From an uncultured bacterium (lineage in GTDB: Bacteria > Chloroflexota > UBA5177 > JANWHV01), in contig CAWHAE010000009.1 of the NCBI GenBank assembly GCA_963827235.1, positions 640,001 through 704,000 on the forward strand: DNA of 64,000 nt, read 5' to 3'. Of this stretch, positions 1 to 9,529 are shown one piece after another; position 1 is the first letter of the stretch, and the number at the start of each line of letters is the position of its first letter. The notes beneath the pieces were generated by a model. It did not search any database, was not told the DNA's origin, and worked only from the letters and a program-made list of their open reading frames with translations. The translations under genes and the position numbers were made by a program.

Positions 1-742
1 GTTCCAGCGTGATGCGCCCGCGACTGCGTGGCATTACCACGGTCCGGCTGTACGTGCCGGCGGTGACCTCCTCGATGCCCGGGACGGCATGGGCCGCCAG
101 GAAGTCGAGCAGGGCTGCTGACGCCAGGGGAGGCCGGTAACGCAGCCTGAGCACGATGTCGCCCGATCCATGCGTCACGGCAGGCGTGCGCCTCCGCAGT
201 GTCGAAGGGGTGCAGCCGAACGAGACCTGCATGGTGTCGTTGAACTGGCGAACGCTTTCGAAGCCGGCCGCGAAGGCGATGGACGTCATCGAGAGCGTAG
301 TCTGGTCGATCAGCAGTCGGGCCGTCTGGGCTCGCCTGGTGCGGGCAAGGGCCAGCGGACCCGCGCCTACCTCCGTCATGAGCTCGCGATGGAGATGTCG
401 CGGGCTGACGGCGAGACGCTTGGCCAGGCCGTCGACGCCGCCGGCATCGACCACGCCGTCGGCGATCATGCGCAGGGCGCGCGCCACGAGATTGGCACGC
501 ACGTTCCATTCCGGAGAGCCCGGGCTCGTCTCCGGCCGGCACCTCCGACAGGCCCGGAACCCGGCGGCCTCTGCCGCGGCCGCACAGGCGTAGAACTGTA
601 CGTTTGCCGGCTTTGGCGTCTGCGCGGGGCAGATTGGTCGGCAGTAGATGCCGGTCGTGGTCACGGCCGTGAAAAAGCGCCCATCGAATCGAGAATCACG
701 GCTACAGACCGCTCGATAGCACGACTCAAAGTCGAGAAGCAT
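1..742 (-). CDS. alkA: Ada metal-binding/AraC/AlkA fusion DNA-3-methyladenine glycosylase (3' end runs off the window)
   Basis: Not in the ORF track; manual minus-strand translation from ATG at 742 gives MLLDFESCYRAVCSRDSRFDGRFFTAVTTTGIYCRPICPA...GFRACRRCRP, the Ada Zn-binding domain. Confidence 0.9.
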   Translation of the reverse strand, partial: MLLDFESCYRAVCSRDSRFDGRFFTAVTTTGIYCRPICPAQTPKPANVQFYACAAAAEAAGFRACRRCRPETSPGSPEWNVRANLVARALRMIADGVVDAGGVDGLAKRLAVSPRHLHRELMTEVGAGPLALARTRRAQTARLLIDQTTLSMTSIAFAAGFESVRQFNDTMQVSFGCTPSTLRRRTPAVTHGSGDIVLRLRYRPPLASAALLDFLAAHAVPGIEEVTAGTYSRTVVMPRSRGRITLE

Positions 743-917
743 GGGGAGACCGCCTTTTTGAAAGGGAACGAACGCGGTAGGTGGCGCCGCGGCCATCGTC
801 GACGATGACCTTAGTCTACCCCCTGGACCGTGCAGCGTCTGGCGGTTTTCGGACATGCTCGTCGATCGCGAGCCGCCGGTACAGGAGGCGCCGATCGGCG
901 CCCACCACCCGCTTCCG

Positions 918-1745
918 CTACAGCTGTGTGCTCAAGAGCATCGGGGCTGATGGGGTGGTGAGCGTGCGGTCCATGGGCTCCAATGTGATTTCCATCATCG
1001 TGGCGCCGTGCGGATCCATGCCCTTGTCCTTGTCCATCACGAACATGGCGAGCTGGCTTGCATCCGGCACCAGGGGACCGTAGAATCTCCACTGCCCGTC
1101 GCGCTCAATCCAGCAGGTGTAGCCCTTGTCGCTGGGCGGCTTGGACATGCCTGAGATGATCAGCAAACCGCCGCCGCTGTTGCTCGGCACGATGACCTCG
1201 CCGAGCATGCCGCGCCTTGTCGCGGGGCCTTTGAGCGGCATGGCCACGTGCGGCGAGATGAGCGCCTGTTCCAGCAGATGTGACTGTTGGGTGTCGTATC
1301 GGTTCTTCACGTCCGCGTATTGATGGTTCATGCTGATCCAGGCGCCGGCGAACACTGCGGCCAGGAGCGTGGGAACGGCCATGGCGGCCGCCAGCAGCCA
1401 GCGCATCATGGGTATCCGGCGGCCCGCGGCGGCGCGCACGAAGGGTGCTTTCGGCCGCGGCATCACCTCGGGCACGGGTACCGGGCGGACAGGCGCCGTC
1501 TCACCCGTCGCGGGCCGCATTTCCAGGGCAATCCGGGCCAGGAACTGCGTGCGGAGCTCGGGGCCGGGCTCGGCGGCTGCACAGTCCTGCCCGAGGATGG
1601 CGTGCAGACACTCGGCGACGCTCGCCGCTTCAAGCCTGCAGTCGGAGCAACGGGCCAGGTGGGAGATGATCTCCACGCGCTCGGCCGGCTCCAGCGCATC
1701 CAGGCAATACGCGGCCAGCATATCCAGACAGTGTTTCTCGCTCAT
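918..1745 (-). CDS. Anti-sigma factor, RskA/zinc-finger type
   Basis: Start MSEKHCLDMLAAYCLDAL; HLARCSDC (HxxxCxxC) motif, one TM helix, C-terminal ITLEP motif; overlaps the sigma gene stop by 4 nt. Confidence 0.85.
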   Translation of the reverse strand: MSEKHCLDMLAAYCLDALEPAERVEIISHLARCSDCRLEAASVAECLHAILGQDCAAAEPGPELRTQFLARIALEMRPATGETAPVRPVPVPEVMPRPKAPFVRAAAGRRIPMMRWLLAAAMAVPTLLAAVFAGAWISMNHQYADVKNRYDTQQSHLLEQALISPHVAMPLKGPATRRGMLGEVIVPSNSGGGLLIISGMSKPPSDKGYTCWIERDGQWRFYGPLVPDASQLAMFVMDKDKGMDPHGATMMEITLEPMDRTLTTPSAPMLLSTQL

Positions 1746-2323
1746 TCCGGTACCTGGTCCATCTCGCGCAGAAGCTCGCGCAGTTTTTGCGTTGCCAGCC
1801 GCATTCTTGTCTTTACGGTGCCGAGCGGATCGCCCAGGTGCTCGGCAATCTCGGCCTGCGTCAATCCAGAATAATATGCCAACTCCATGACACGACGCTG
1901 TGGCGACGGCAGCGCAGCCAGGGCGTGCTGGATCTCGGTGCGCCGCGCACTGCTTACCACTTCCTCCTCTGGGCTGTCCGTATTCGTAGCGGCGACTTGA
2001 GCCAGCTGCTCTTCCGGATCTCCGGCAGCTCGTTGTGGCCGTACGCCTCGGCGGCGCAGCTCGTCGACGGCGAGGTTCCGTGCTATGCCGAGCAGCCAGC
2101 TCGACAGACGGCCCAGTGAAGGCTGGTACGATGCGGCCTGACGCCACGCGCGCAGAAACACTTCCTGAACCAGTTCTTCCGTGCTCTCACGATCGCCGAG
2201 CATGCGCAGCCCGAGGGAAAACACGAGACTGCTGTAGCGATCGTAGAGTGCAGCGATTGCATGACCATCCCCGCGCCGGACGCCATCCATCAACGAGTCG
2301 TCCGACGCCTCTTCATACTGCAC
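1742..2323 (-). CDS. ECF RNA polymerase sigma factor (SigK-like)
   Basis: LYDRY...EELVQEVFLRAW...WLLGIARNLAVDELR; LAYYSGLTQAEIAE.LG.PLGTVKTR. Confidence 0.92.
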   Translation of the reverse strand: MQYEEASDDSLMDGVRRGDGHAIAALYDRYSSLVFSLGLRMLGDRESTEELVQEVFLRAWRQAASYQPSLGRLSSWLLGIARNLAVDELRRRGVRPQRAAGDPEEQLAQVAATNTDSPEEEVVSSARRTEIQHALAALPSPQRRVMELAYYSGLTQAEIAEHLGDPLGTVKTRMRLATQKLRELLREMDQVPE

Positions 2324-2384
2324 GGATATTGACCTTACGGGCAGTGCCGGTCAGGCGGAACCTGCCCACCCGCTACCTCAATAC

Positions 2385-2411
2385 TACGAAAGAACGCGGC
2401 TTTTGGATTCA
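2385..2411 (-). promoter_or_regulatory. Putative ECF autoregulatory promoter
   Basis: Minus strand TGAATCC-N16-CGTA about 60 nt upstream of the sigma start; resembles ECF -35/-10 elements. Confidence 0.5.
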
Positions 2412-2503
2412 GCCGGCCGCTGTACCATAGTGGAGCTTGCATGCCGGCCTCTCCCGCTCATTATAGGCTGTAGCCGTTCAGTCGAACGACTGCGGTGTGG
2501 GTT

Positions 2504-3403
2504 ATGAGTTGTCCTGAATCAGCTACGCTCGGTCCGCTGCTTTGCCCCTACTGTGGTGCTTTGCTCGCCCGCGACGCTCGCACGTTTCGCTGTGAGCACG
2601 ACCATACCTTCGACATCGCCCGCCAGGGCTACGTCTATCTGCGGCGAACGCGCAACAGCGGCGACAGCGCAGAGATGCTGCGTGCTCGTCGCGCCTTCCT
2701 TGACGGCGGCCATTTCGCGCCGCTGGCAGATCTGGTCTCACGGGCGGCCGAATCCGTCGTCGCGCATCCGCCCGCCACCTGGGCGCATGCGCGACAGCAA
2801 CCCGACGACGGGTCCTCTGCGATCGAGATCCTCGACTCCGGCTGCGGCGAAGGCTACTACCTGGAGCGGCTGGGCTCGTATCTGGCCGATACCGTGCCCG
2901 GGCAGCACTGCCGCTATTGGGGGCTCGACAGCTCGCGCGACGCGACGCGGATGGCTGCCGGGCGCTGCCGCGATGCCACCTTCGTGGTCGGAGACTGCAA
3001 GGATGCGCTGCCCTTCGCCACCGGCTCACTTCACGCCCTGGTCGACATCTTCGCGCCGCGGAATGCCGCCGAGTTCTCGCGCGTGCTCGCACCGGGCGGC
3101 TTGCTGCTCATCGTGGTGCCCGGCATCGACCACCTGGCAGAGCTACGGGATCGCTACCGCCTCCTCGGCATAGAGGCGCAGAAGGTAGAACACCTCCTGG
3201 CCGATCTGGGCGGCTACTTCTCCGCGTTCGAGGTGCGAACGTTGAAGCTGACGCTCGATCTCTCGCCGGCCGATGTCGCGCGATTGGTCTCGATGACGCC
3301 CAACCGGCGCCACGGCGCGGCGGCGTCAATTCGGGATGAAGGCGAGCGCGTCACCGCCTCGTTCAGGCTTGCAACCTGTCGGAGACGGGTAGATGCCGCT
3401 TGA
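2504..3403 (+). CDS. RlmA-like 23S rRNA m1G methyltransferase
   Basis: N-terminal CPYC...CEHDHTFDIARQGYV zinc finger, GDSAEMLRARRAFL, SAM motif LDSGCGEGYY, MTP motif. Confidence 0.85.
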   Translation: MSCPESATLGPLLCPYCGALLARDARTFRCEHDHTFDIARQGYVYLRRTRNSGDSAEMLRARRAFLDGGHFAPLADLVSRAAESVVAHPPATWAHARQQPDDGSSAIEILDSGCGEGYYLERLGSYLADTVPGQHCRYWGLDSSRDATRMAAGRCRDATFVVGDCKDALPFATGSLHALVDIFAPRNAAEFSRVLAPGGLLLIVVPGIDHLAELRDRYRLLGIEAQKVEHLLADLGGYFSAFEVRTLKLTLDLSPADVARLVSMTPNRRHGAAASIRDEGERVTASFRLATCRRRVDAA

Positions 3404-4049
3404 GAAAGGCGAGCGTTCGCTCCCAGGCCAGCTGCGCGGCCCCCGGATTGTAGGCGTCGGCCCGATCGGATTCGAAAAACCAGTGCCCGGTACCCGGATA
3501 GACGTGGAAGGTCGCCTCCCGTCCCTGGGCCCGCAGGCGCCGCTCGACCGTTCTGGCGGTCTCCACCTCTTCGTAGGGATCGGTTTCCGCGAAGTGCCCC
3601 AGAAATGCCGAGCGCGTCTGCTCGAGAGCGCGATCGGCCAGGCCGTAGAACACCACAGTGGCTGCTATATCGGCGGGCCGGCTGTCCGCGAGTGCCATGG
3701 CGAAGTAGGCGCCGAGCGAAAAGCCGACCACGCCCATTGGCCCCGCTGCCGTCTCCTCGCGATCCCGGAGGTACGCCGCCGCGCCGGCTACCTCGCGCAT
3801 CACCCACGCGGGATCGAGCGCGTCACGCAGGCGCGTAGCGTCCTCGATCGTGGCGGCGATCGCGCCGTGATAGAGATCGGGGGCAAGCACTACGAATCCC
3901 TGGCCGGCCAGCCGATCGGCAAAGCTCTTCATACAGGCGTTCAGACCCCACCACGGATGCAGGACGATCACTCCGCATCCAGTCGCCCCTCCATCCGGAA
4001 GCGCCAGATGCGCACAGGCGTCACCTTCCTCAACGGCAAATCCGACCAT
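3363..4049 (-). CDS. Dienelactone hydrolase family protein
   Basis: LHPWWGL, APDLY, GFSLG nucleophile elbow, YPGTGHWF, AWERTLAFL. Confidence 0.9.
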   Translation of the reverse strand: MVGFAVEEGDACAHLALPDGGATGCGVIVLHPWWGLNACMKSFADRLAGQGFVVLAPDLYHGAIAATIEDATRLRDALDPAWVMREVAGAAAYLRDREETAAGPMGVVGFSLGAYFAMALADSRPADIAATVVFYGLADRALEQTRSAFLGHFAETDPYEEVETARTVERRLRAQGREATFHVYPGTGHWFFESDRADAYNPGAAQLAWERTLAFLKRHLPVSDRLQA

Positions 4050-4149
4050 ATCTTTTCCCCCTGTCCGGCCACGAAGAAGTCACAAATAGTAGCGTACGAG
4101 GCCGATGCCGGGGTTGTCGACGGACTATTCGTCGAACTCGCCGCCCATC

Positions 4150-4821
4150 TCAAGGAAGCACCTCGATCCTTGCCGCTCGCGCGCCCGGCGAGAAGACCGT
4201 CACGTTCTCGAGAATGTCTTCGAGGTGCGCGACAACCGCCATTCTGTCGACTCCCGGCGGCGCGTAGACGACGTAGAGGACCTCGGTCGTCTGGCTGCCG
4301 ATCTTCGTCCGGCCATCCGGGCCATGGAGCACGGCGGAGAGTATGCCGTTGCCGTCTCTCACGTACATGTCGCCGGCCGTGAGTGCCTGCGTCCGGCCGT
4401 TCATCATGGCGAGCTCCTCGTCGCCGGCGGCCACGCTTGCCAGCAGCGGCGGGAGAAGCAGGGCACGGTCGTGGCCGGCCGTCAGCATCTGATTCTTGAG
4501 CTCGGCCATGAACATGGCCTCGACCAGGCAATTGGCACGCGGGATGTCTTTACCGCCCGAGATGATGGATTCCAGCTGCAACAGCACATGATAGGTCTTG
4601 CGGAAGCCCTTGTAGTAGGACGCGTAGGATCGAAGCGGCTCCGTCTGCAGCAGATCAGATCGAGTCATCCCCTCGAAGTGCTCGCGCAGCCATGTCTCCA
4701 GCGCCTTCTTCCGGGCGTTCAGACCCGGGTCCTCGCCGGCATTAGCCGCGTTTTCCAGGGCCAGGATACCGATGTATGCGTCGGGATACGCGTCGCGAAA
4801 TGAGGCGCTGAGGTTCAACAT
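4150..4821 (-). CDS. Stand-alone B3/B4 (PheRS beta editing-like) domain protein
   Basis: YYKGFRKTYHVLLQLES, AGHD, GDMYVRDGNGILS, GPDGRTKI pattern. Confidence 0.75.
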   Translation of the reverse strand: MLNLSASFRDAYPDAYIGILALENAANAGEDPGLNARKKALETWLREHFEGMTRSDLLQTEPLRSYASYYKGFRKTYHVLLQLESIISGGKDIPRANCLVEAMFMAELKNQMLTAGHDRALLLPPLLASVAAGDEELAMMNGRTQALTAGDMYVRDGNGILSAVLHGPDGRTKIGSQTTEVLYVVYAPPGVDRMAVVAHLEDILENVTVFSPGARAARIEVLP

Positions 4822-4879
4822 GGCGACCAGACGCCCTCCACAAAAATCTACCGGCCCACGCCCGAGAAGCCCGGACCTT

Positions 4880-5827
4880 TCAATGGTAGAACGGCGCGGT
4901 GGCTTGCGCCACCGTCCGCACAGCCTGCATGATCGCGGCGAATTGCCGCAAATCCACGGTCTGGGCCGCGTCGCTCCAGGCGTGGTCCGGCACCGGATGC
5001 ACCTCGATGATCAGGCCGGCGGCACCGGCGGCGATGGCCGCTAGCGACATCGGCTGAATCAGCGATCGCCTGCCCGTGGCATGACTGGGGTCGACGATCA
5101 CCGGGAGGTGCGTGAGCTCGCGCAGAAGCGGCACGGCGCTGAGGTCCAGCTGATTACGCAGGGTGGAGTCGATGCCGCGCACGCCGCGCTCGCAGAGCAC
5201 CACCTGATCATTGCCTTCAGCAAGAATGTACTCTGCCGCGAGCAGCCACTCCTCGATCGTCGCGGCGAGACCCCGTTTCAGGAGAACCGGCTTATGTTGG
5301 CGGCCGACGGCGCGCAGCAACGGGTAGTTCTGCATGTTGCGGCTGCCGATCTGCAGCATGTCGGCATACCGGGCAACCAGATCGACGTCACCCGGTTCGA
5401 TCACCTCGGTCACCACGGGCAGGCCGGTGCGGGCGCGGGCCCGCGCCAGCAGCATCAGCCCCTCCTCACCAAGTCCACTGAACGCATAGGGAGAGGTACG
5501 AGGCTTGAAAGCGCCGCCGCGCAGGATCTCGCCGCCGGCGGCGCGTACGGCTTCGGCGGTAGAGAGCAACTGCTCCTCGCTTTCCACGGAGCATGGGCCG
5601 CCGATCACGACCGGACGGCCGCTGCCTATCCGTACGTTGCCGACCTGCACCACCGAGGCTGCCTGGCCCGGCAGGCGCTGCGCAAGACGATACGGCCTCG
5701 CTGGCGCGGGCTCCGCGTTCGTACTGGTTGGGGCTTCTAGCGCCGGCCCGGACGGCTGCGTGGCAGTTTCCTGCCGGTGCCGTTCGCCTGTGGCCGCGGC
5801 ATTGTCGACGAGATTGGTTGATTGCAT
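4880..5827 (-). CDS. aroF: 3-deoxy-7-phosphoheptulonate (DAHP) synthase, type I-beta
   Basis: [43 protein letters not shown] motifs; ATG at 5827 preceded by AGGAG. Confidence 0.95.
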   Translation of the reverse strand: MQSTNLVDNAAATGERHRQETATQPSGPALEAPTSTNAEPAPARPYRLAQRLPGQAASVVQVGNVRIGSGRPVVIGGPCSVESEEQLLSTAEAVRAAGGEILRGGAFKPRTSPYAFSGLGEEGLMLLARARARTGLPVVTEVIEPGDVDLVARYADMLQIGSRNMQNYPLLRAVGRQHKPVLLKRGLAATIEEWLLAAEYILAEGNDQVVLCERGVRGIDSTLRNQLDLSAVPLLRELTHLPVIVDPSHATGRRSLIQPMSLAAIAAGAAGLIIEVHPVPDHAWSDAAQTVDLRQFAAIMQAVRTVAQATAPFYH

Positions 5828-5872
5828 GGCTACGGGCTCCTCTCCTGCTGACGCATTGGTCGATAACCCAAC

Positions 5873-5899
5873 AAAAAAGCAGAGGCCGAAACCTCTGCT
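5873..5899 (-). terminator. Intrinsic terminator (attenuator) in the aroF leader
   Basis: Minus strand AGCAGAGG-TTTCGG-CCTCTGCT followed by a T-run, about 45 nt before the aroF ATG. Confidence 0.85.
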
Positions 5900-5959
5900 C
5901 AATTCCCGGTATGACTGCTGCCGCTCGTCGGCGGCGCGGGCGCTTCGCCCACCTCACGG

Positions 5960-6061
5960 TCATACCGGGCTGCTAAACCACCAGTAGTAAGAGGACACGA
6001 CGACAGCCACGACCGGGGAGGTCGTGCGGCAGACTGCCTGCTGGTCGTCGCGCATGCGCAT
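5960..6061 (-). CDS. Aromatic-amino-acid leader peptide MRMRDDQQAVCRTTSPVVAVVVSSYYWWFSSPV
   Basis: Manual translation; consecutive TAC TAC TGG TGG TTT codons four codons before the stop; lies between a promoter and a terminator. Confidence 0.85.
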   Translation of the reverse strand: MRMRDDQQAVCRTTSPVVAVVVSSYYWWFSSPV

Positions 6062-6107
6062 GAAGTGGGCGCTTTCTCGTGCACGAGGCCGATCCGGCCT
6101 CAAGCCG

Positions 6108-6137
6108 ATACTAGCACGGCGCGATCATCTGTGTCAA
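6108..6137 (-). promoter_or_regulatory. Sigma70 promoter of the aroF leader
   Basis: TTGACA-N18-TAGTAT with extended -10 TG. Confidence 0.75.
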
Positions 6138-6141
6138 AGGT

Positions 6142-6756
6142 CTACTTCCAGATAGTCGCGATTGAGATGGCGAAGATAGCGACCGGCCGGTAGTTCTTGT
6201 CGACCTTCACCACCGTCGCGTACTTGACGGCACCCATCGCCTGGGGATCGCCGATCACTTCGGACTTGTCCGCGCATCCGTAGTTGATGCGCTGGTTGGC
6301 TACTGCGCCGGTTGCTCCGGTCAGGAAGCCGCAGATGGTGCCGTTGCCGAGCTTGAGCATCCAGGCCTGTGAATTGTGCGCCGGTCCGTGCGTGGGCAGC
6401 GGCGCCGGCAAGACGACCACGAAGCCCGTGGGATGGGTCGGATCGGCATCACAAATCACCGTGCTGGCGTGCGGCACCAGGCTGAAGCACGGGTCGTAGA
6501 TCTCGTTGCCGACCATGCAGCGCCAGGCATCGGACCGATCGAGAGCCATCGATTCTCCCATGTCGCACGCTCCCCGGCGCGTCGCTCCGGTCGTACCGGC
6601 GGGATGAAACACCACGACCTTGGTTGCCGGCACGGCGCCGAGGGCTCCACCGGCGGCGTGGGCCGGCGTCCGGGGCACCAGGGAAAGGCCGCTGCACGTC
6701 ACAACCAGGGCGAGCAACATACCGGTGAGCTTCCACGGCCATCGAGCAGACACCAT
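6142..6756 (-). CDS. Secreted Cys-rich hypothetical protein
   Basis: Signal peptide ending AHA; DAWRCMVGNEIYDPCF and several Cys; RBS AGGAGAG. Confidence 0.7.
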   Translation of the reverse strand: MVSARWPWKLTGMLLALVVTCSGLSLVPRTPAHAAGGALGAVPATKVVVFHPAGTTGATRRGACDMGESMALDRSDAWRCMVGNEIYDPCFSLVPHASTVICDADPTHPTGFVVVLPAPLPTHGPAHNSQAWMLKLGNGTICGFLTGATGAVANQRINYGCADKSEVIGDPQAMGAVKYATVVKVDKNYRPVAIFAISIATIWK

Positions 6757-6809
6757 GGGACGTTCTCCTCTCCTGTCACCCGCGCGTGCCATACGGGACG
6801 CCAGATTGC

Positions 6810-6828
6810 TATACTCCCGACAAGTATA
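6810..6828. promoter_or_regulatory. Putative CsoR operator
   Basis: TATAC-TCCCGACAA-GTATA inverted repeat (ATAC-N9-GTAT) just upstream of csoR. Confidence 0.6.
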
Positions 6829-6852
6829 CGGCATAGATGGGGGGACCGAGAC

Positions 6853-7140
6853 GTGGCTAAACATGCTCCGATCGGCTACGCGCGCGACAAGCAGGATCTC
6901 CTGCGTCGTCTGCACAAGATTGAGGGCCAGGTGCGCGGCCTGCAGCGCATGGTTGAAGAGGATCGCTACTGCCTGGATATCGTTCAGCAGATAAGCGCCC
7001 TGTCCGCCGCCGCGCGCAAGGTCGCCCTGATCGTGATCGAAGACCACCTGCACGGATGTGTCGCCACGGCCGTCAAACGGGGAGAGGACGACACGGTACA
7101 AGAGATGGTAACCGTGCTGGAGAAAGCCTTGCACCCGTAA
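6853..7140 (+). CDS. csoR: CsoR/RcnR family metal-sensing repressor
   Basis: LRRLHKIEGQVRGLQRMVEEDRYCLDI...HLHGCV (Cys-His-Cys copper ligands); GTG start. Confidence 0.9.
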   Translation: MAKHAPIGYARDKQDLLRRLHKIEGQVRGLQRMVEEDRYCLDIVQQISALSAAARKVALIVIEDHLHGCVATAVKRGEDDTVQEMVTVLEKALHP

Positions 7141-7310
7141 TACCGCGATGCATGGCAGCGGGCAGAGACGCAGATGGCGCCGCCTTTCTTCATCTGCGCC
7201 ACCTGCCTCTCTGGCATCCCTGGGTCCTCGCTGGCGGGAAACAGTCTGTGGTGTGGTAGGATTAGTACTGCATTCCGGCATCCTCTCCTGTGAATAGGCG
7301 AAGCCACATC

Positions 7311-9431
7311 ATGGCAACCACGCGGCCGCGGCAGAAGGTCATCGTCGTCAAGAAGACGTCGCGCGAGCGACAAGGCCGCACCCCCTGGGCCGCCTTCCTC
7401 TTCCTGGGCTTGGTCGTGGTGGTGAGCGTGTTTCTCCTTCATTGGGAAACCGGTATGGACGGGACGATATACCCCGGCGTCAAGGTAGGAGGGCTGGACC
7501 TGGGCGGCAAGTCGACCAGTGCCGCGCGCCAACAGCTCCAGCAGATGTCCGGCCGCATTGCTTCGCGGACGATCACGATCTCTGCCGCCGGGCAGAGCTG
7601 GACGGCCACGCCGAAGCAGTTAGGCATGCAGTTCAACGTCGACGATCTCGTGCGCCGAGCGTACGCATTGGGGCGTGAAGACAGCATCCTCGATCGCCTG
7701 GGCACGCAGGTGCAGCTGGCAGTGCTGGGACGGTCGATATCGCTGGCCGGCAGCTACGATGGCGGCCAGCTGAACGGCTTTGTCGCTCAGCTGGCGGTCG
7801 ACCTGTACCAGCCGGCACAGCCCGCGGTCGTAAGCCTGCAAGATGCCCGCGCCGTGATCAGCAACCAGGCGGCACCCGGCCGTAAGCTCGATCGGCAAGC
7901 GGCCTCGTCTCTTCTGGCGAGCGCGCTCTCCAGCACGGGGCAAACGAGCGTTCAGCTGCCAGTGGAGACCATTCCTCCTCCTGTGAGCGAGGCCGCGGCA
8001 CAGCACGAGGTGGCTGCCCTGCAGTCCATTCTTGGCGCCAAGCTGCGCCTGCACTTCGCCGGCAGGCAATGGCTGCTCAGCGCCTCCTCGATCGCGCAGT
8101 CTATCTCGTTGACCACGGTCATCGCTTCTGGAGGCGCTGCCACGTATCAGCACAGCGTGGACCAATCGGGCCTTACGCGATTCGTGAACGATCTGGCGGA
8201 CGAGATCGACCGGCCAACGAAGTCCGCGACGGTCACCGTCCACGACGCGCGCATCACGGTGGTGCCGGCGCAGTCGGGCTATCACATCGACCGGTACGCC
8301 ACCAAACAACTGCTGGCGCAGGCGATTCTTGCCGGCGGAACCCAGGACATCAACGTGCCGGGCGCCGTGACCGATCCGGCCACACCCACGCAGGCGGCGC
8401 AGATCGCCGCCACGCGCGCGGCGGAGCTGATCCGCAGACCGCTCGCGCTGACCTATCAGTCTCATTCCTGGCTGCTCGGCCCTTCCCAGTTGGGCGACAT
8501 TCTAACCTTCGTGCCCCGTACCGATCCCCTGAACGGGCCGGTGCTGGACGTGCAGGTTGACCAAACGCGGCTGGCGCAGGTACTGCGGCCCGCCGTTGCC
8601 GCCCTCGAGAAGCCGGCCGCGGACGCCCATTTTGTCGTCAGGGGAGACCGTGTCCTTCTCTCACCCTCCATTCCCGGGCGACGAGTCGATCTCGCTGCCC
8701 TGGCACCGGCTATCGAGGGACGCGGCCGTATCATGCAGCTGCCCCTGCCGCTGCAGAGCTACGAGCCGGCGCTGACCACCGCGAAGGCCCAAGCGATGGG
8801 CATTCACGAGATGATCATCTCGCATGCCACGGAATTCGCGGGCTCGAGCAGCGCCCGCCTGACCAACATCGACGCTGCCGTGCGGCACCTTGACGGTCAG
8901 CTCATCGCGCCGGGCGAGACATATTCCTTCAACCAGAGCATCGGCGATATCACGGCCGCGGGCGGCTATGTCGAGGGTATCGACATCATCGACAACCAGG
9001 ATGTGCCGGGGATCGGCGGGGGTGTGTGCCAGGTAGCGGTCACGCTCTTTCAGGCTGCCATATACGCGGGCATGCCGATCATGGAACGCACTCCCCATGC
9101 CAACGTGGTGTCGTATTACAACCCGATCGGCATGGATGCCACGGTCTACGTGTCGTCGAACGGCCCCGACGTGAAATTCCAGAACAATACCGGCCACTGG
9201 GTGCTGATCAGCTTTGTGGAGGACCTGGCGCATGCCAAGCTCACCGTACGCTTTTTCGGCACCAATCCCCATTTCCGAGTGGTAGTGCGCGGCCCAATCG
9301 TCACCGACCTGCCCAACGGCGACGTCAACGCGGTATTTTATCGGACCGTCTACGATGCGCACGGCCAGGTGCTGCTGGATCACGCCTTCTCCAGCCACTA
9401 CGTTCCGGTCGGCGCGTCCCCGAATAGCTAA
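7311..9431 (+). CDS. VanW family protein with N-terminal TM helix and putative peptidoglycan-binding repeats
   Basis: IYPGVKVGGLDLGG; RLTNI, PGETYSFN, GGGVCQVAVTLF, ERTPH, G.DATV, KFQNNTG. Confidence 0.9.
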   Translation: MATTRPRQKVIVVKKTSRERQGRTPWAAFLFLGLVVVVSVFLLHWETGMDGTIYPGVKVGGLDLGGKSTSAARQQLQQMSGRIASRTITISAAGQSWTATPKQLGMQFNVDDLVRRAYALGREDSILDRLGTQVQLAVLGRSISLAGSYDGGQLNGFVAQLAVDLYQPAQPAVVSLQDARAVISNQAAPGRKLDRQAASSLLASALSSTGQTSVQLPVETIPPPVSEAAAQHEVAALQSILGAKLRLHFAGRQWLLSASSIAQSISLTTVIASGGAATYQHSVDQSGLTRFVNDLADEIDRPTKSATVTVHDARITVVPAQSGYHIDRYATKQLLAQAILAGGTQDINVPGAVTDPATPTQAAQIAATRAAELIRRPLALTYQSHSWLLGPSQLGDILTFVPRTDPLNGPVLDVQVDQTRLAQVLRPAVAALEKPAADAHFVVRGDRVLLSPSIPGRRVDLAALAPAIEGRGRIMQLPLPLQSYEPALTTAKAQAMGIHEMIISHATEFAGSSSARLTNIDAAVRHLDGQLIAPGETYSFNQSIGDITAAGGYVEGIDIIDNQDVPGIGGGVCQVAVTLFQAAIYAGMPIMERTPHANVVSYYNPIGMDATVYVSSNGPDVKFQNNTGHWVLISFVEDLAHAKLTVRFFGTNPHFRVVVRGPIVTDLPNGDVNAVFYRTVYDAHGQVLLDHAFSSHYVPVGASPNS

Positions 9432-9529
9432 CGGGCCTTCCCCGCCTGCCTGGAAAGACACGCCGATGTCGGATTGTCTGTGCACAACCGTGCGTCTGGC
9501 CCACTCGTGCGCCGCCGTCTTCGCGGTGT

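Noticed and set aside
5899-6084. 61-aa ORF from the track as the aroF leader
   Set aside because: Different frame without an aromatic codon run; the 5960-6061 frame has it
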